Positions 1-12,540 are shown, numbered from the stretch's first letter. The stretch is DNA of 64,000 nt from Octopus bimaculoides (GCF_001194135.2 NC_068981.1:23009934-23073933), one strand, 5' to 3'. The notes: a model not told the origin generated them from the sequence alone. Numbers and translations: made by a program.

Positions 1-1191
1 ATACATTGATATCAATATCTTGTTCTCTCATTACTCCTGACAAAAACTGCAGACTGCACACACACACACACACGAATATACACACTCACATAATGTATGT
101 ATGTATATTGCATGTACATCACTAATTTGAAGTTTCATGGCAAATACAGTTGAGAGTAATTAAGTGCAAGTTATAAATGGATCAACAGTAGCTAGAGTAA
201 GTTAAGGCTGATGAAAGAGAGAAGTCTTGATGAAACTGAGATAGTTAAGAAATATTTCAGTTGTCAGGATTGTTTCATGTTTTTCTATCTTTTTCAATTT
301 TCTTTTTTTTTTTTTATTTCCATAATCATGACTAATCAGCCAGGCTTCACTTATCTAAATATTCAGATGCCATACACATGAAATAACAAAAACGTCAACA
401 AAAAAGAAAGTTAAGTTAGTGTTAACATATTTGATGCAGGAAGCATTATAACTCTGGCTGAAAACCTACCTTCTTGTAATTTACTCAATGATTCACTCTC
501 TAACTACAGTTTTAGTCAGTTTCGGGAAGTCTACACTTGACTGAGAAAGTTTTAATAACCAAAACATATCCACTGTTGTCTCACATACATAGCAAAATAA
601 TTAAAATCATATTAGTTCATGAGTAATATTGGTTTTATTTTCCCTCACCGTTATGCTTTCTAGTTAGTTTTTTTAGCACTCACCATGCCTCTCTCTCTCT
701 GTATTAAATATGTTAACACTAATTACTGAGAATTTTTAATGTGTATTAAGGTAAATTGATTAGGTTTTCATTAGCTGACACTGTGAGATTTTAGATTAAT
801 ATAAACAAATGCCTATTGAAATTTCAATTAATAACAACTGCTATTTTTAATTAACAATTAATTCAATACATACGCACATATATTATGGACTCTCTTTAAA
901 GAATTCTCCTGTCATAAACAACAGATGATGATTCCACATCTTGCTAAACTACCTGCACAAACGATTTGTTTATAGTGATTAGATGTTTGTGTAGTATGTT
1001 AGCTCACTTCCTTCTATCAAATTGACATCAGTGATACAGGTGCTCAGTGTGCAACATATCACTGTGATTGCAGAGCAACATGAAAGGAAGTATTTTGCAC
1101 ACTGCTTGATCCACGAATCAAAACCACAATCTTATGATCATGAGTATAACATGATCACAAGATCATGGCCAAACACCTTCACTACGCACGC

Positions 1192-1223
<32 letters not shown>

Positions 1224-1289
1224 ACGTAAAGGTGACAAAGGGCTGAGATATCTTGCACTTTGCTGTATTCAAGAAGACCCATCCTCCAC

Positions 1290-1542
1290 AGTAGAATTGC
1301 TAATGCCATCCCCACTGCTGAAGAGCATTGGCCTACAAAGAGCCCTGTACTGGTGCCATGTAAAAAAAAGCACCCACCACTCTGTAAAGTGGTTGGCATT
1401 ATGAAGGTCATCCAGCTGTAGAAACCAAGCTAAATCAGACTGGAGTCTAGTGCAGCTCTCCTGCTTGCCAACTCTGATCACACTATCCAACCCATGCCAG
1501 CATAGAAAACAGACAAATTAAATGATGATGGTGATGATGATA
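1290..1542 (+). mobile_element. SINE family B, decayed copy ((GAT)n tail)
   Basis: Contains gtggttggcatt..gaaggtcatccagctgtagaaac and ...aacccatgccagcat...gatgatg, shared with many copies in the window. Confidence 0.75.
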
Positions 1543-1769
1543 AAATTTAGAATCAGCACTTACAAAACTGAACTTAAAATCAAGCACTGAGAAACCTACT
1601 TAAATTGGATCTTGGGACCAAAATCAACTCTTGTAAAACAAAAATTTTGCTAGAGTTGCCTTGAGTCATCAGTTGATAAGGTAACTGATAATAGTTGTTT
1701 GTATTTACATCTGTTAATGCTCTTCAGTGAAAACCCTATTTTATAATATTATTACCAGGGCATGGGTTA

Positions 1770-2170
1770 TGTTGATTTTGTTCTGTTTTGTCAGTCCCAA
1801 ATCAATCTTCATGAAGCACATATATGAGATTAAGGACATTCCAGTTGTGAACATCTAATCATTTCTCCAGACAGAATACACATAAGATTAAATATGCCCT
1901 TTTTATGATGGTTGGATGTAATTTGAGGCAGATTTAGCTGCTATTTCAAATAAGTTAAGTGGCCACAGGGCTTCTCTCCTTGTTATATATGTTGTTATTT
2001 AGTCAAGGACCAGCCCTGAACACAGAGACTTATGATCAAAAGCATTTCCAGATTTGACCACCATGTCTTTTCTCTGATATTTCATTTAGAAAATTGTACG
2101 ATGTTATTTAAAGGTGATCTGGTTGCTATTTCTAGCAAGTTGGTGAACAATAGATTCTCCTATGTGGACT
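1770..2170 (-). mobile_element. Two adjacent decayed copies of dispersed repeat family F
   Basis: Motif gatttggctgctatttctagca (reverse of ctgctagaaatagcagccaaatc) at about 1930 and 2120; the same motif recurs near 17880, 20945, 29895, 42950, 43155, 47450, 54330, 56610, 58145, 62580 and 62765. Confidence 0.65.
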
Positions 2171-2394
2171 CATATTACTCTATGTACTCCTTATCTATAG
2201 CGTAATTCTACTCCAATCTATATGTAACACTTTAAACAAACGCTATCTTAACAATGAAACAAAATTGAAGATATAATCTTATTAATGCACAACAGTTCTG
2301 TTATTTGTCAGACAACTGACAGATAAACTACAGAATGAAATCAATGATATAATTTATTATAGACACAACACATTGATTGTAAAACATCTATCAT

Positions 2395-2930
2395 TATCAT
2401 CATCAACATTTAACATTCATTTTCCATGCTGGCAGGGGTTGGGTGGCTTTACAGGAACTGGCAAGGCCAGGGACCACACCAGGCTTACAAACAGGTATTT
2501 TAAATTAAGTTCGACATATATCACCATCCTCTTTCTTTAAACATCTGCTTTTTCAAGCTTGCATGGGTCAGGAAGGCTGCACAAGACTTCAATCTGATTT
2601 GGCATGGTTTTCTATGGCTGGATGCTCTTCCTAATGCCAACCACTCCAAGAATGTAATGGGTGCTTTTACGTGACACTGGGGTGCATTTACATGACACCA
2701 GCACGGGTGCCAATTTGCGTGACATTGGTATCTGCCACAACTGCGATTTTACTCAGCTTGATGGGTCTTCTTCTCAAGCATGACATAATGCCAAAGGTCT
2801 TGGTCATTGCCCCAAATCTATTCCCAAAACTTTGGTCAGTTATACAAGACACTTGCCCCAGGTATCACATACTGGGACTGGGACCACATGGTTGAACAGC
2901 AAACTTCTCAACCACAGAGCCACATGTATT
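2395..2930 (-). mobile_element. SINE family B body plus family A-type head (decayed)
   Basis: (CAT)n, ttttccatgctggca, ggatgctcttcctaatgccaaccactcc, then gacacttgccccaggt...ccacatggtt head. Confidence 0.65.
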
Positions 2931-2986
2931 TATTCTTTCCAAGGTATAGTGTGTATGTGTGTGCTTATTTACCTTCTACAATATTA

Positions 2987-3367
2987 GGAGTTGGCACTCC
3001 GTCGCTTACGACGTCGAGGGTTCCAGTTGATCTGATCAACGGAACAGCCTGCTCGTGAAATTAGCGTGCATGTGGCTGAGCACTCCACAGACACATGTAC
3101 TCTTAACGTAGTTCCCGGGGAGATTCAGCGTGACACAGAGTGTGACAAGGCTAGCCCTTTGAAATACAGGTACAACAGAAATAAGAAGGAGTTAGAGAAG
3201 GTTGTGGTGGAAGAGTACAGCAGGGTTCGCCACCATCCCCTGCCGGAGCCCCGTGGAATTTTAGGTGTTTTCGCTTAATAAGCACTCACAATGCCCAGTC
3301 TGGGAATCGAAACTGCGATCCTACTACTGCGAGTCCTCTGCCCTAACCACTGGGCCATTGTGCCTCC
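2987..3367 (-). mobile_element. tRNA-derived SINE, head D plus tail C, with 12-bp target-site duplication
   Basis: TCTACAATATTA flanks both sides (2975-2986, 3368-3379). The head ggaggcacaatggcccagtggttagggc...gtttcgattcccagac carries A/B-box-like motifs. Confidence 0.85.
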
Positions 3368-4132
3368 TCTACAATATTAAGAGTATCATTATCAACATCA
3401 TCAACTTTTAAATCTGCTTTTTTCATGAAAGCATGAGTTAGACAAGATTTCTTAAATTAGTATTCAATAGTTGGATGTCCTTCCTAATGCCAACCCCAAC
3501 AGGTTTTCAAATAGGCACTGTATTCTAATGGTTTTCACAAATCAAATACCAAGCAAGACATTTTATTTCTAGGGGACATAAATAAATATCACCACTGCCC
3601 AAGTAATCTCAATGCGAAAACATAAGACATACATGGATGCATATATACATTTATATGAAGGCTTCCGTACAGTTTCCTTCAACGAAATTTCACTCAAAGC
3701 ATTGGTGCTAAGCATGGAGATTGAACCTGAAATGATACATTTGCAAAATGAACTTTTTAACTACACAGCCATGCCCTATGTTGTTATATGTTTCTGATTT
3801 ATGTGCCTTCTATATGAGTGTGTGTGTATCATGGTAGATGTGTGTTTACTAGTTATTCATCTTTTGTGTGCATGCATGTATCACATTCAACATGCATGTG
3901 TTACTTATGTATGTTCTATGATTTCGAGTGTGTATGTGTGTGTATCACCAGCACAGGAGAAAAGCTGTGAAAGCAGCTTAGAGGATCAGGTAAAATATCC
4001 TAATACACTATAAGGCTATTCTACCCTATCCCCTAAGCTATTTTCACAGCTGTTGTCCTACATTGGGGATTTCCTTTATTTCTGAAATACCAATCACTCA
4101 ATGCTTCAAAAATTGCTTATAAAATATTCTCA

Positions 4133-4303
4133 GGCACAGGAGTGGCTGTGTGGTAAGTAGCTTGATTACCAACTACATGGTTCCGGGTTCAGTCCCACTG
4201 CGTGGCATCTTGGGCAAGTGTCTTCTACTATAGCCTCGGGTCGACCAAAGCCGTGTGAGTGGATCTGGTAAACGGAAACTGAAAGAAGCCCATCGTATAT
4301 ATG

Positions 4304-4343
<40 letters not shown>

Positions 4344-4469
4344 TGTCTGTCCCCCTCCCACCATCACTTGACAACCGATGGTGGTGTGTTTACGTCCCCA
4401 TAACTTAGTGGTTCAACAAAAGAGACTTACAAAGAATAAGTCCCAGGATCGATCTGCTCGACTAAAGGC
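4133..4469 (+). mobile_element. SINE family A (tRNA-like head, CORE-like segment, internal microsatellite)
   Basis: ggcacaggagtggctgtgtggtaag (A box) ... ggttcagtccc (B box) ... cttgggcaagtg (CORE-like) ... (TG)n ... gacaaccgatg; truncated by an N gap. Confidence 0.9.
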
Positions 4470-4700
4470 NNNNNNNNNNNNNNNNNNNNNNNNNNNNNNN
4501 NNNNNNNNNNNNNNNNNNNNNNNNNNNNNNNNNNNNNNNNNNNNNNNNNNNNNNNNNNNNNNNNNNNNNNNNNNNNNNNNNNNNNNNNNNNNNNNNNNNN
4601 NNNNNNNNNNNNNNNNNNNNNNNNNNNNNNNNNNNNNNNNNNNNNNNNNNNNNNNNNNNNNNNNNNNNNNNNNNNNNNNNNNNNNNNNNNNNNNNNNNNN

Positions 4701-4702
4701 NA

Positions 4703-4743
<41 letters not shown>

Positions 4744-4908
4744 GCGACAGGCTTCTTTCAGTTTCTATCTACCAAATCCACCCACAAGGCTTTGGTCGGC
4801 CCGAGGCTATAGTAGAAGACACTTGCCCAAGGTGCCATGCAGTGGGACTGAACCCGGAACGATGTGGTTGGTAAAGCAAGCTACTTACCACACAGCCACT
4901 CCTGCGCC
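4701..4908 (-). mobile_element. SINE family A head, young copy
   Basis: Reverse complement of the 4133 head, ending ccacacagccactcctgcgcc. Confidence 0.9.
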
Positions 4909-5354
4909 TATTTGTTGCTATAAAGCATATAAATCATTACTGTACCTTTGGCTGTAATGAGATTTTTATAGTAAAAATACAATATTGATTTATTGAACTG
5001 AATTCACTTATTGGTCAGCAATGCATCCTAAATTAATGAGATTCACCAGTTGATACAGATTTGAAGAAAATTAACCAGAAAAGATAAAGGGCGGGGTTGA
5101 AATTAAGACAAAAAACATAATATATAAATAATTTGTATCAATACACACTTCAAAGTAGAATTCTAATTATTGTATTATTGTTAAAAATTTGATTGAAATG
5201 TTCTGTGAAAGAGTCATCTCTAAAAGACATCTAATCAATTTAATCAATTATAATGGCTATCTTCTAGAACAAAACAATTGTTTTAAAGGTCAATTCATGA
5301 AGTTTTGAATGGCTAATCCAGAACGTAAACAATTTGGGGGAGGGGGGGAAAGAG

Positions 5355-5538
5355 AGGTTGGTTGTATAGTTAAGTTTGCTTCAGACCATAGGGTCTTGAG
5401 TTCAGCCTCACAACATGGCACCATAGGCAAGTGTCTCCCACTATCGCCCTGGACCGACCAAAGTCTTATGGGTGTATTTGATAGACAGAAACTGAAAGAA
5501 GCCTGTTGTATATATATATATATGTGTGTGTGTGTGAA

Positions 5539-5578
<40 letters not shown>

Positions 5579-5810
5579 TATGTGTTTGAATGTTTATATG
5601 TATGTGTATATCCTTGTCTAGATGTCACGTGATGGTTTTAAATGAGCATAAATGGCATACAAGCAAGGTTGTTTATTTTCAGTCTTTTGTGAAAACATAT
5701 TGGGACAGGAAAAAAAATTATACCTTGCTTGGAAACAGGTATGGGTTGGTGACAGAAAGGGCATCTGGCAGTAAAACATTTGCCTCAACAAATTCCATAT
5801 GACCCATGAA
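5355..5810 (+). mobile_element. SINE family E (A-type head, (TA)n, different body, B-like tail)
   Basis: Head as family A, then gtcacgtgatggttttaaatgagca...gacagaaagggcatctggcagtaaaac...gacccatg; the same layout is at 10215-10650 and 23455-23790. Confidence 0.7.
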
Positions 5811-6339
5811 TGATGGAGAGACCGCATAGAGTAGAGAGGACTCTTTAGGCTTATCAAGGACTTGACGGTCTCTTTGTTGCTGGTGTCCCATTACACCAGG
5901 TACTCAATGTAAGGTGGTTAGTGTAAGGAAAGGCATCAATATGAAGAAACCAAGTCAAAAGGAATCATATGAACAAGACATGGCCCTCCAGCTTATCTAA
6001 GAAGGTAATAACTCCAAATAAAAACTGACCCTTACTAATGCAGAAAGCTAATGTATGATGATGATTATGATGGTGTATATCTATCACCTTGGTTTGGCAG
6101 AACTGGAAGACCTAACAAATAAACTTTATGGGTTTTCGTTACTTCCCTTTACACTTAGGTTGTCATCAGTTCCCAACATAACAAAGTCAGTAAAATAAGT
6201 ACCAGACAAAAGTATTGGGATTAATACAATAAACTAAAACCCCCTAAAGGTGGTACCTCAGCATGGCCACAGTCCAATGATCAAAATCAGTTAAAGAACG
6301 TATGAACTGATTTCAAAATAGAATTACAATTTTGGCATG

Positions 6340-6576
6340 TAAAAAACACCATTTTGAGCGTGGCCATTGCCAGTACCACCTGACTGGCCCTTGTGCCGGT
6401 GGCACGTAAAAGCACCCACTACACTCTCGGAGTGGTTGGTGTTAGGAAGGACATCCAGCTGTAGAAACTCTGCCAGATCAGATTGGAGCCTGGTGCAGCC
6501 TTCTGGTTCGCCAGTCCTCAGTCAAATCGTCCAACCCATGCTAGCATGGAAAGCAGACGTTAAACGATGATGATGA
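6340..6576 (+). mobile_element. SINE family B, young copy
   Basis: gagcgtggccattgccagtacc...ggagtggttggtgttaggaaggacatccagctgtagaaac...gacgttaaacgatgatgatg. Confidence 0.9.
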
Positions 6577-7633
6577 GTGAGCGATAGAGAGGGAGAAAGA
6601 AAGAACAAAGAAAGCAATCATTGAAATTAAATATCAGATGTTTCGTTAAAATAATTCATTTACTGTTACAGCAATCAATCAATCAATCAGTGAGACACAG
6701 TTTCATGTTATTTTAGATTCTGTTTCAGACAAATGAAAAAGGTTGATGACATGCTTGTCAGATGGTCACATACACACATGCAGAGAGCATTACATTAAGC
6801 AAGAGATATAATATAATATAATATAATGGAAAGAGATATAATTTTCTCCTTGAATATAATGCCAGCTTTTGCTAGGAACACACCTTGAAGATCTGATAAC
6901 CTCGGTGAAATGAGACAACTATGGAATGTAAGTAAAATGTAAGTCTAAATGTGCAACACAAGAGCTGATTTACTTTTTAAAAAAATGTAACCAACCGCCC
7001 ATTTAGTTTCTACTGTCAGATAATAGATATGGACCGCAATACACACTTTGATAGCATATTTATGTCAGTCTGTTTAAAGTACAGTAATTTAAGTCAGAAA
7101 GGTATTATTATAAAAATAAAGTTAATTATAGATTTAGTGAAAATATGCTGATCAATATATATATATATGATCATCAGCTTCAATTGTTATTTACTTTTCT
7201 GTTTTGGTAGGTCATGCTGGGTCACTGCCTTGAAGGGTTTTAGTCAAATAGTTCAACCCCAGTACTTGCTGAGTAAGTGAGGAGAGATTCCTTTGATATT
7301 AGACAGTAGTTATTTACCATTGTAATCAGTCACAGGACTATAACGCAGACAAGTAATTTATTAGATTACAATACTGAGTTCATTATAAGCGTAGTACTTA
7401 TTCTATCAGTCTCTTTTGCTGAACTGCTAAGTTATGGGGGAAGTAAACACACCAGCATCGGTTGTCAAACGATGTTGGGGGGACAAACAATTATTATTAT
7501 TGTAAAACAATAATAATAATTTCATTTATTCTACATCTTTCTATAATAACCACAATTATCTCATCATTATTTTCATATAGGCACAGGCATGGCAATAGGT
7601 GCAGGTGTGGCAATAGACACAGACATGGCAATA

Positions 7634-7949
7634 AGCACAAGTATGGCTGTGTGGTAAGAAGCTTGCTTCCCAACCACATGGTTCCAGGTTCAGTCCCACT
7701 GCATGGCACCTTGGGCAAGTGTTTTCTACTATAACCTTGGGCCAACTGAAGCCTTATGAGTGGATTGAGTAAACAGAAACTGAAAGAAGCCCATCATATA
7801 TCTATAGATATGTTTGTGTGTGTGTGGCTTTGTGCCCATGTTTGCTCCTCACCATCGTTTGATAACTGGTGTTGTTTTGTTTATGTCCCTATTACCTAAC
7901 TATTTAGCAAAAGAGACCAATAGAATAAGTACCAGGCTTTAAAAAAAGT
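7634..7949 (+). mobile_element. SINE family A, preceded by an opposite-strand family A tail (7205-7486)
   Basis: tggctgtgtggtaagaagc...ccttgggcaagtg...gataactggtg...aataagtacc. Confidence 0.85.
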
Positions 7950-8297
7950 ANNNNNNNNNNNNNNNNNNNNNNNNNNNNNNNNNNNNNNNNNNNNNNNNNN
8001 NNNNNNNNNNNNNNNNNNNNNNNNNNNNNNNNNNNNNNNNNNNNNNNNNNNNNNNNNNNNNNNNNNNNNNNNNNNNNNNNNNNNNNNNNNNNNNNNNNNN
8101 NNNNNNNNNNNNNNNNNNNNNNNNNNNNNNNNNNNNNNNNNNNNNNNNNNNNNNNNNNNNNNNNNNNNNNNNNNNNNNNNNNNNNNNNNNNNNNNNNNNN
8201 NNNNNNNNNNNNNNNNNNNNNNNNNNNNNNNNNNNNNNNNNNNNNNNNNNNNNNNNNNNNNNATTCATTAAGTAAAGTCTGAAAGGATAATATACGA

Positions 8298-8442
8298 TTT
8301 CACATATTTTTAAGTCCTGAAAGTGCATTTTTAATTGTTATTAGTGACGTCAAGAGTGTTACTGATGTTGTCATCATAAGCCAATATAGACATCACTAAC
8401 GAGAATTAAAAATGAACTTTCAAGACTTAAAAGTATGTGAAA
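8298..8442. repeat. Imperfect inverted repeat, 54-bp arms and 37-nt spacer
   Basis: Arm 8298-8351 tttcacatatttttaagtcctgaaagtgcatttttaattgttattagtgacgtc versus the reverse complement of 8389-8442; 7 mismatches in 54 by hand count. Confidence 0.9.
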
Positions 8443-9081
8443 ATGCAATTACATTAAATAATTTTATTCCAAACTTTGTTAGAAGTATTTCTACTTTGCT
8501 TTTTTTCTATTTTTTTTTTTTTTGCCAGCATGGAACATGGATGATGATGATGATGATGATGACAACTGTTTTATATGAATGTTTCGTTTTTTTTTTTCTA
8601 TTTATCTAATTCCTGGCATTCATTAATGTATTTGTCTGCAGATGCAACTATTGCCCTAGCAGAGATAGTCTAGGAAAAGTACTTAAGTGCTAAACAGCAG
8701 GAATAGAAATGGCCAAGAGATAAAAGTAAGATAACATTCACAGAAACATTTAAACCAATTCTTCAGCTTTTAAAGATTATTAAGGAGCCAACAGTTGGTT
8801 ATTAATTACACAGATGCCGAAAGGCTGATTTACTGAAGTGCTAGGTCACAGGATAGAATTCTGAACTAGAGTTCAAACTTTTGATATTAATCAAAAACCA
8901 GAGAATACTTCAACTCAGACAACTCCTAACTTTTTACAAAGCTCAGGTGAGATCCACAATTGAGTACTGATCTTGTATCTGGAGTGGGAGCTGTTGGTTT
9001 ACACACATACATATCAGATCACATCCAAAGGAAATTCACTCAACTGATGGGCACAAGGTCATCAGTACACTCTGTCTAGCT

Positions 9082-9423
9082 CAGTTGTTCTCAACCGGGG
9101 TCCATATGGCCCCCAAGAGTCCATATACGATTTTGGGGGTCCACGCAACAAAATAATAAATTGGGGATCCACGACAGTATTATAAGGGTCCCTGAAAAAT
9201 TTTTGCTTTAGATGTATGTAGTGGTATGTATTGCAAGAAACAGCTAGGTTTCTTTCTTTAACATAGTTCAACCTACACGAGTTAAAGTTTGAAAAACAAC
9301 ATAGGAATATTGAAAGAAGTTTCCATAAAATTAGTTTTTAAACATTGAATGGCTATGGGGGTCCACCAGAATAAAATAATAATCAAAGGGGATCCATAGA
9401 TAAAAAATGGTTGAGAGACCCTG
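9082..9423. mobile_element. hAT-type MITE with 8-bp TSD
   Basis: Ends cagttgttctcaacc / ggttgagagaccctg; GTCTAGCT duplicated at 9074-9081 and 9424-9431. A decayed relative lies at about 41858-41975. Confidence 0.85.
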
Positions 9424-10214
9424 GTCTAGCTCATAGATGTGCTGTCTACTTTTGGCATCTTTTTACTGTTAGTACAATGGCCTCAACTCTCTTGTGTCAT
9501 GCTAGCTCACTTAAGCACTCCAAATTCGCATGTCTCCTCATCATGTCCCCATACTGTGTGTTCCCTTCTCTACCCCCTCACTAACAACAGTTCTTAGTCC
9601 ATCTTTCCCAGAAAGTCATCTCTCTGGAGTTTCTTTCTTGTATATGTATTTTCTGCAGTCAATGTCAAGCAAATTTTCAAAAGAAACATTAACTGTGTCA
9701 ATCTCACTGGTTTCAAAGGACATGCAAAATCCAAGGGCACAGCCCTTTCTTCCAGATAAAATCCATAAAAAAATAAATTATCTTTAAAAAAAAAATGAGT
9801 ATCATCATCATCATCATCATTTAGCATCCATTTTCCATGCTGGCATGGGCTGGGTGGTTTGACATGGAGCCGGCCAGCTGGGAGTTGACCAGATTCCAAC
9901 TGTCTGTTGTGACATGATTTCTACACTTGGATGCTCTTCCTAATGCCAATCACTTAATGTGCTTCCTTCTTTAAATCCATTATATGAGAAAATGCAATTC
10001 AAGTTACAAATACTGAAAAGACAACAATAATCTACATTCACATATTTCAGTCATCATTATCCATTTGCCCTCCGCCCACTTGTTTTTGTTGTGTGATATG
10101 TCCTCAGAAAACAAATAATGGTGGTGCCCCAGCATGGCTGCAGCTCTCAAGCTGAAACTAGTTAAAGAGTTATAAGTTAAATATGTCTGGATCAGAATAT
10201 ATTTCCAGATCTTG

Positions 10215-10650
10215 TAGGTGCAGGTGTAGCTGTGTGATTAATAAACTTGCTTCCCAGCCAGGTAGTCTAAGGTGAAGTCCCACTGTGTGACACCTTGGCC
10301 AAGTGTCTTCTACTATAACCCCAGGCCAACCAAAGCCTTGTGAGCAGATCTGGTAGACAGAAACTGAAAGAAGACTGTCGTGTGTGTATGCATGTGTGTG
10401 CGTCTGAATGTATTCTTGCCTTGACCTCATGAGATGGTTGTAAATGAGCACCAGTGTCATGGAAGTGGTGTTTGTTTCTTGTCTTCTGCAAAAAAGCATG
10501 CCTGGCCATGGGGAAATATTACCTAACTTAGAAAAGAAAATGGGCAGCAATAGGAAGGGCATCTGGCCATAGAAAGTCTGCTTCAACAAATTCCATCTAA
10601 CCCATGCAAGTAGAGAAAAGTAGATGTTAAAACAAAGAAGATGATGATGA
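10215..10650 (+). mobile_element. SINE family E
   Basis: A-type head, (TG)n, body ...aggaagggcatctggccatagaaa..., tail aacccatgcaag...gatgatgatg. Confidence 0.75.
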
Positions 10651-11582
10651 AGCTGATCTTCCTAAATTGATGTTGATAATTTATGTAAACCCTGAACCAC
10701 TCAATATTTCCAGGCATATAAATATATTCTAATGAGTGTCACTGATGAAACACAGACTTGTAGGACCACTATCAGCTTAAACAATTATCTTTCTTTGTAA
10801 TATTCAAGCTTATGTCAAGTTTTTGTAGCTTACAGTGGTCACTAAATACTGCTCCTTACTATCATGTAGTAATTACTCATTCAACATAGTGTCCATTATC
10901 ACATGGACAGGTAAGTACAGATGCTTATCTAATGTGTAGCGACTAATGTGTTATGTTTATACTTAAAAGCATTCTTTTATTAGCTTACAATCAGGTTTAT
11001 TTCTGAAGTCCCCCACCATTACATACATAGTTCAATCAACTCCAGGTAATATAGAATCTCAGCCCTCATCTCTATTCAACACAACACTTGATATTATGCC
11101 TACTTCCTGGGAAAATGATAATTAATCATTGAGAAAGAGTTTCAAATGTAAAATATTGTTCGGACAATTCAGATATACGTTAACATTTGCAGAGCAAACA
11201 TATGCAGGCAAGATTAAACAAATAAATAAATACATAAATGTTTTAACAAGGAAGCTGAAAGCTACAAAAGAATATATTTCTTCTCAGAACATAATTCCTT
11301 TAGATTGGATACAAGTTCAATGTTGTTACAAACAAATGCTTATAAAATTCGCCATTATTTGCAGTAAATCTCACCAGCAACTAATATCATTATGAACAGC
11401 ATCTCATGGAAATTCAATTTCTCTTGAATCAATAGATTTTTGTCTTTTGCAATACTCAACAGGATCGTTAGAAATAATAGGAATTAAATTTTATACATAA
11501 GATTTGCCAGGAATTCATAACAATGATTAGTTCTTAATATTTTGTTTAAAAAAAAAATCCCACAAAAACAAAATAATAAAAA

Positions 11583-11944
11583 GAACACCTAAAGAGCAGA
11601 AACCTCTGCCAAGGCAACACCAACATCCTCTCAACGATTATCCTGAGATGATTTTTAAAATGAGAATATCTGAAATAAACTTGACTGTTCTCAAAAATGA
11701 GAATACTAAAAATGAACCAGACTGCTCTCAAATATGAAGTAAAAAAACAGGAAAATTAATCCAGAATCCTTGTCCAGTACCAGATCAATCCCAAAATCTA
11801 ATCAGTTCATGCCAATCACGGGGCCAAACATCCCTGAAAGTTTCATCCGAATCCATCCAGTGGCTCTTGAGATATCTTGTTCACGGACAAACAAACAAAC
11901 ATGACTGAAAACAATACCTCCACCTTTGCCAAGGCGGAGGTAAT
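11583..11944 (-). mobile_element. Non-autonomous Helentron/HINE-like element
   Basis: 5' hairpin acctccgccttggcaaaggtggaggt (minus strand), a sub-terminal inverted copy of ggcggaggt near the other end, and an A/T-rich site. A second copy in opposite orientation is at 24765-25132. Confidence 0.55.
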
Positions 11945-12082
11945 AATGTGATGAAGTTTCTATGCTAAAAATCATCTTCAGTTTATATTTGTTTTTCTAA
12001 GCTTGTATGGGTTGAACAGTTTTCTCCAGTACATATATACGATGGGCTAGTTACCCACTGATAAATGTAAAACAATGAAATC

Positions 12083-12540
12083 ATCATCATTTAATGTTCG
12101 TTTTCCATGCTGGAATGGGTTGGACAGTTTGACTGAAAACAGTTAATCTGGAGAGCTGCACCAGGCTCCAATCTGATTTAGCATGGTTTCTACAGCTGAA
12201 TGCCCTTCCTAATGCCAACCACTCCAAGAATATAGTGGGTGCCTTTTACATGCCACCTGCATGAGTGCCAGTTATGAAACATCAGCATCGGTCATGACTA
12301 CAATCTCACTTGGCTTGACAGGTCTTCTCAAACACGTATATTGCCAAAGATCTCGGTTACTTGTCACTGCCTCTGCAAGGCCCAAAAGTTCAAAGGGTGC
12401 TTTTTCCTTGCCACTGGCATGGGTGCCAGGTATGTGAAACTGGCATCAGACACAACTATGATTTCACTTAGCTTGATGGGTCTTCTCAAGCACAGTAAAT
12501 CACCCAACGTTTGAAGGGTGCCTTTTATGTGCCAACTGAT
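12083..12540 (-). mobile_element. SINE family B with internally repeated modules
   Basis: (CAT)n, ttttccatgctgg, tgcccttcctaatgccaaccactcc, then gggtgc(c/t)tttt modules recurring at about 12238, 12396 and 12516. Confidence 0.7.

Noticed and set aside
4378-4812. ORFs spanning N runs (also 7939-8328, 17928-18137, 40373-41380)
   Set aside because: Artefacts of translating assembly gaps.
4133-4908. Inverted pair of family A heads as a strong dsRNA element
   Set aside because: The two halves are separated by an N gap, so orientation and distance are unreliable.
6367-6570. Recurrent ORFs such as MPVPPDWP...HVKAPTTLSEWL and ...GYSRRHLPKV...GTEPGTMW
   Set aside because: Translations of SINE families B and A; their recurrence reflects repeat copies, not a gene family.
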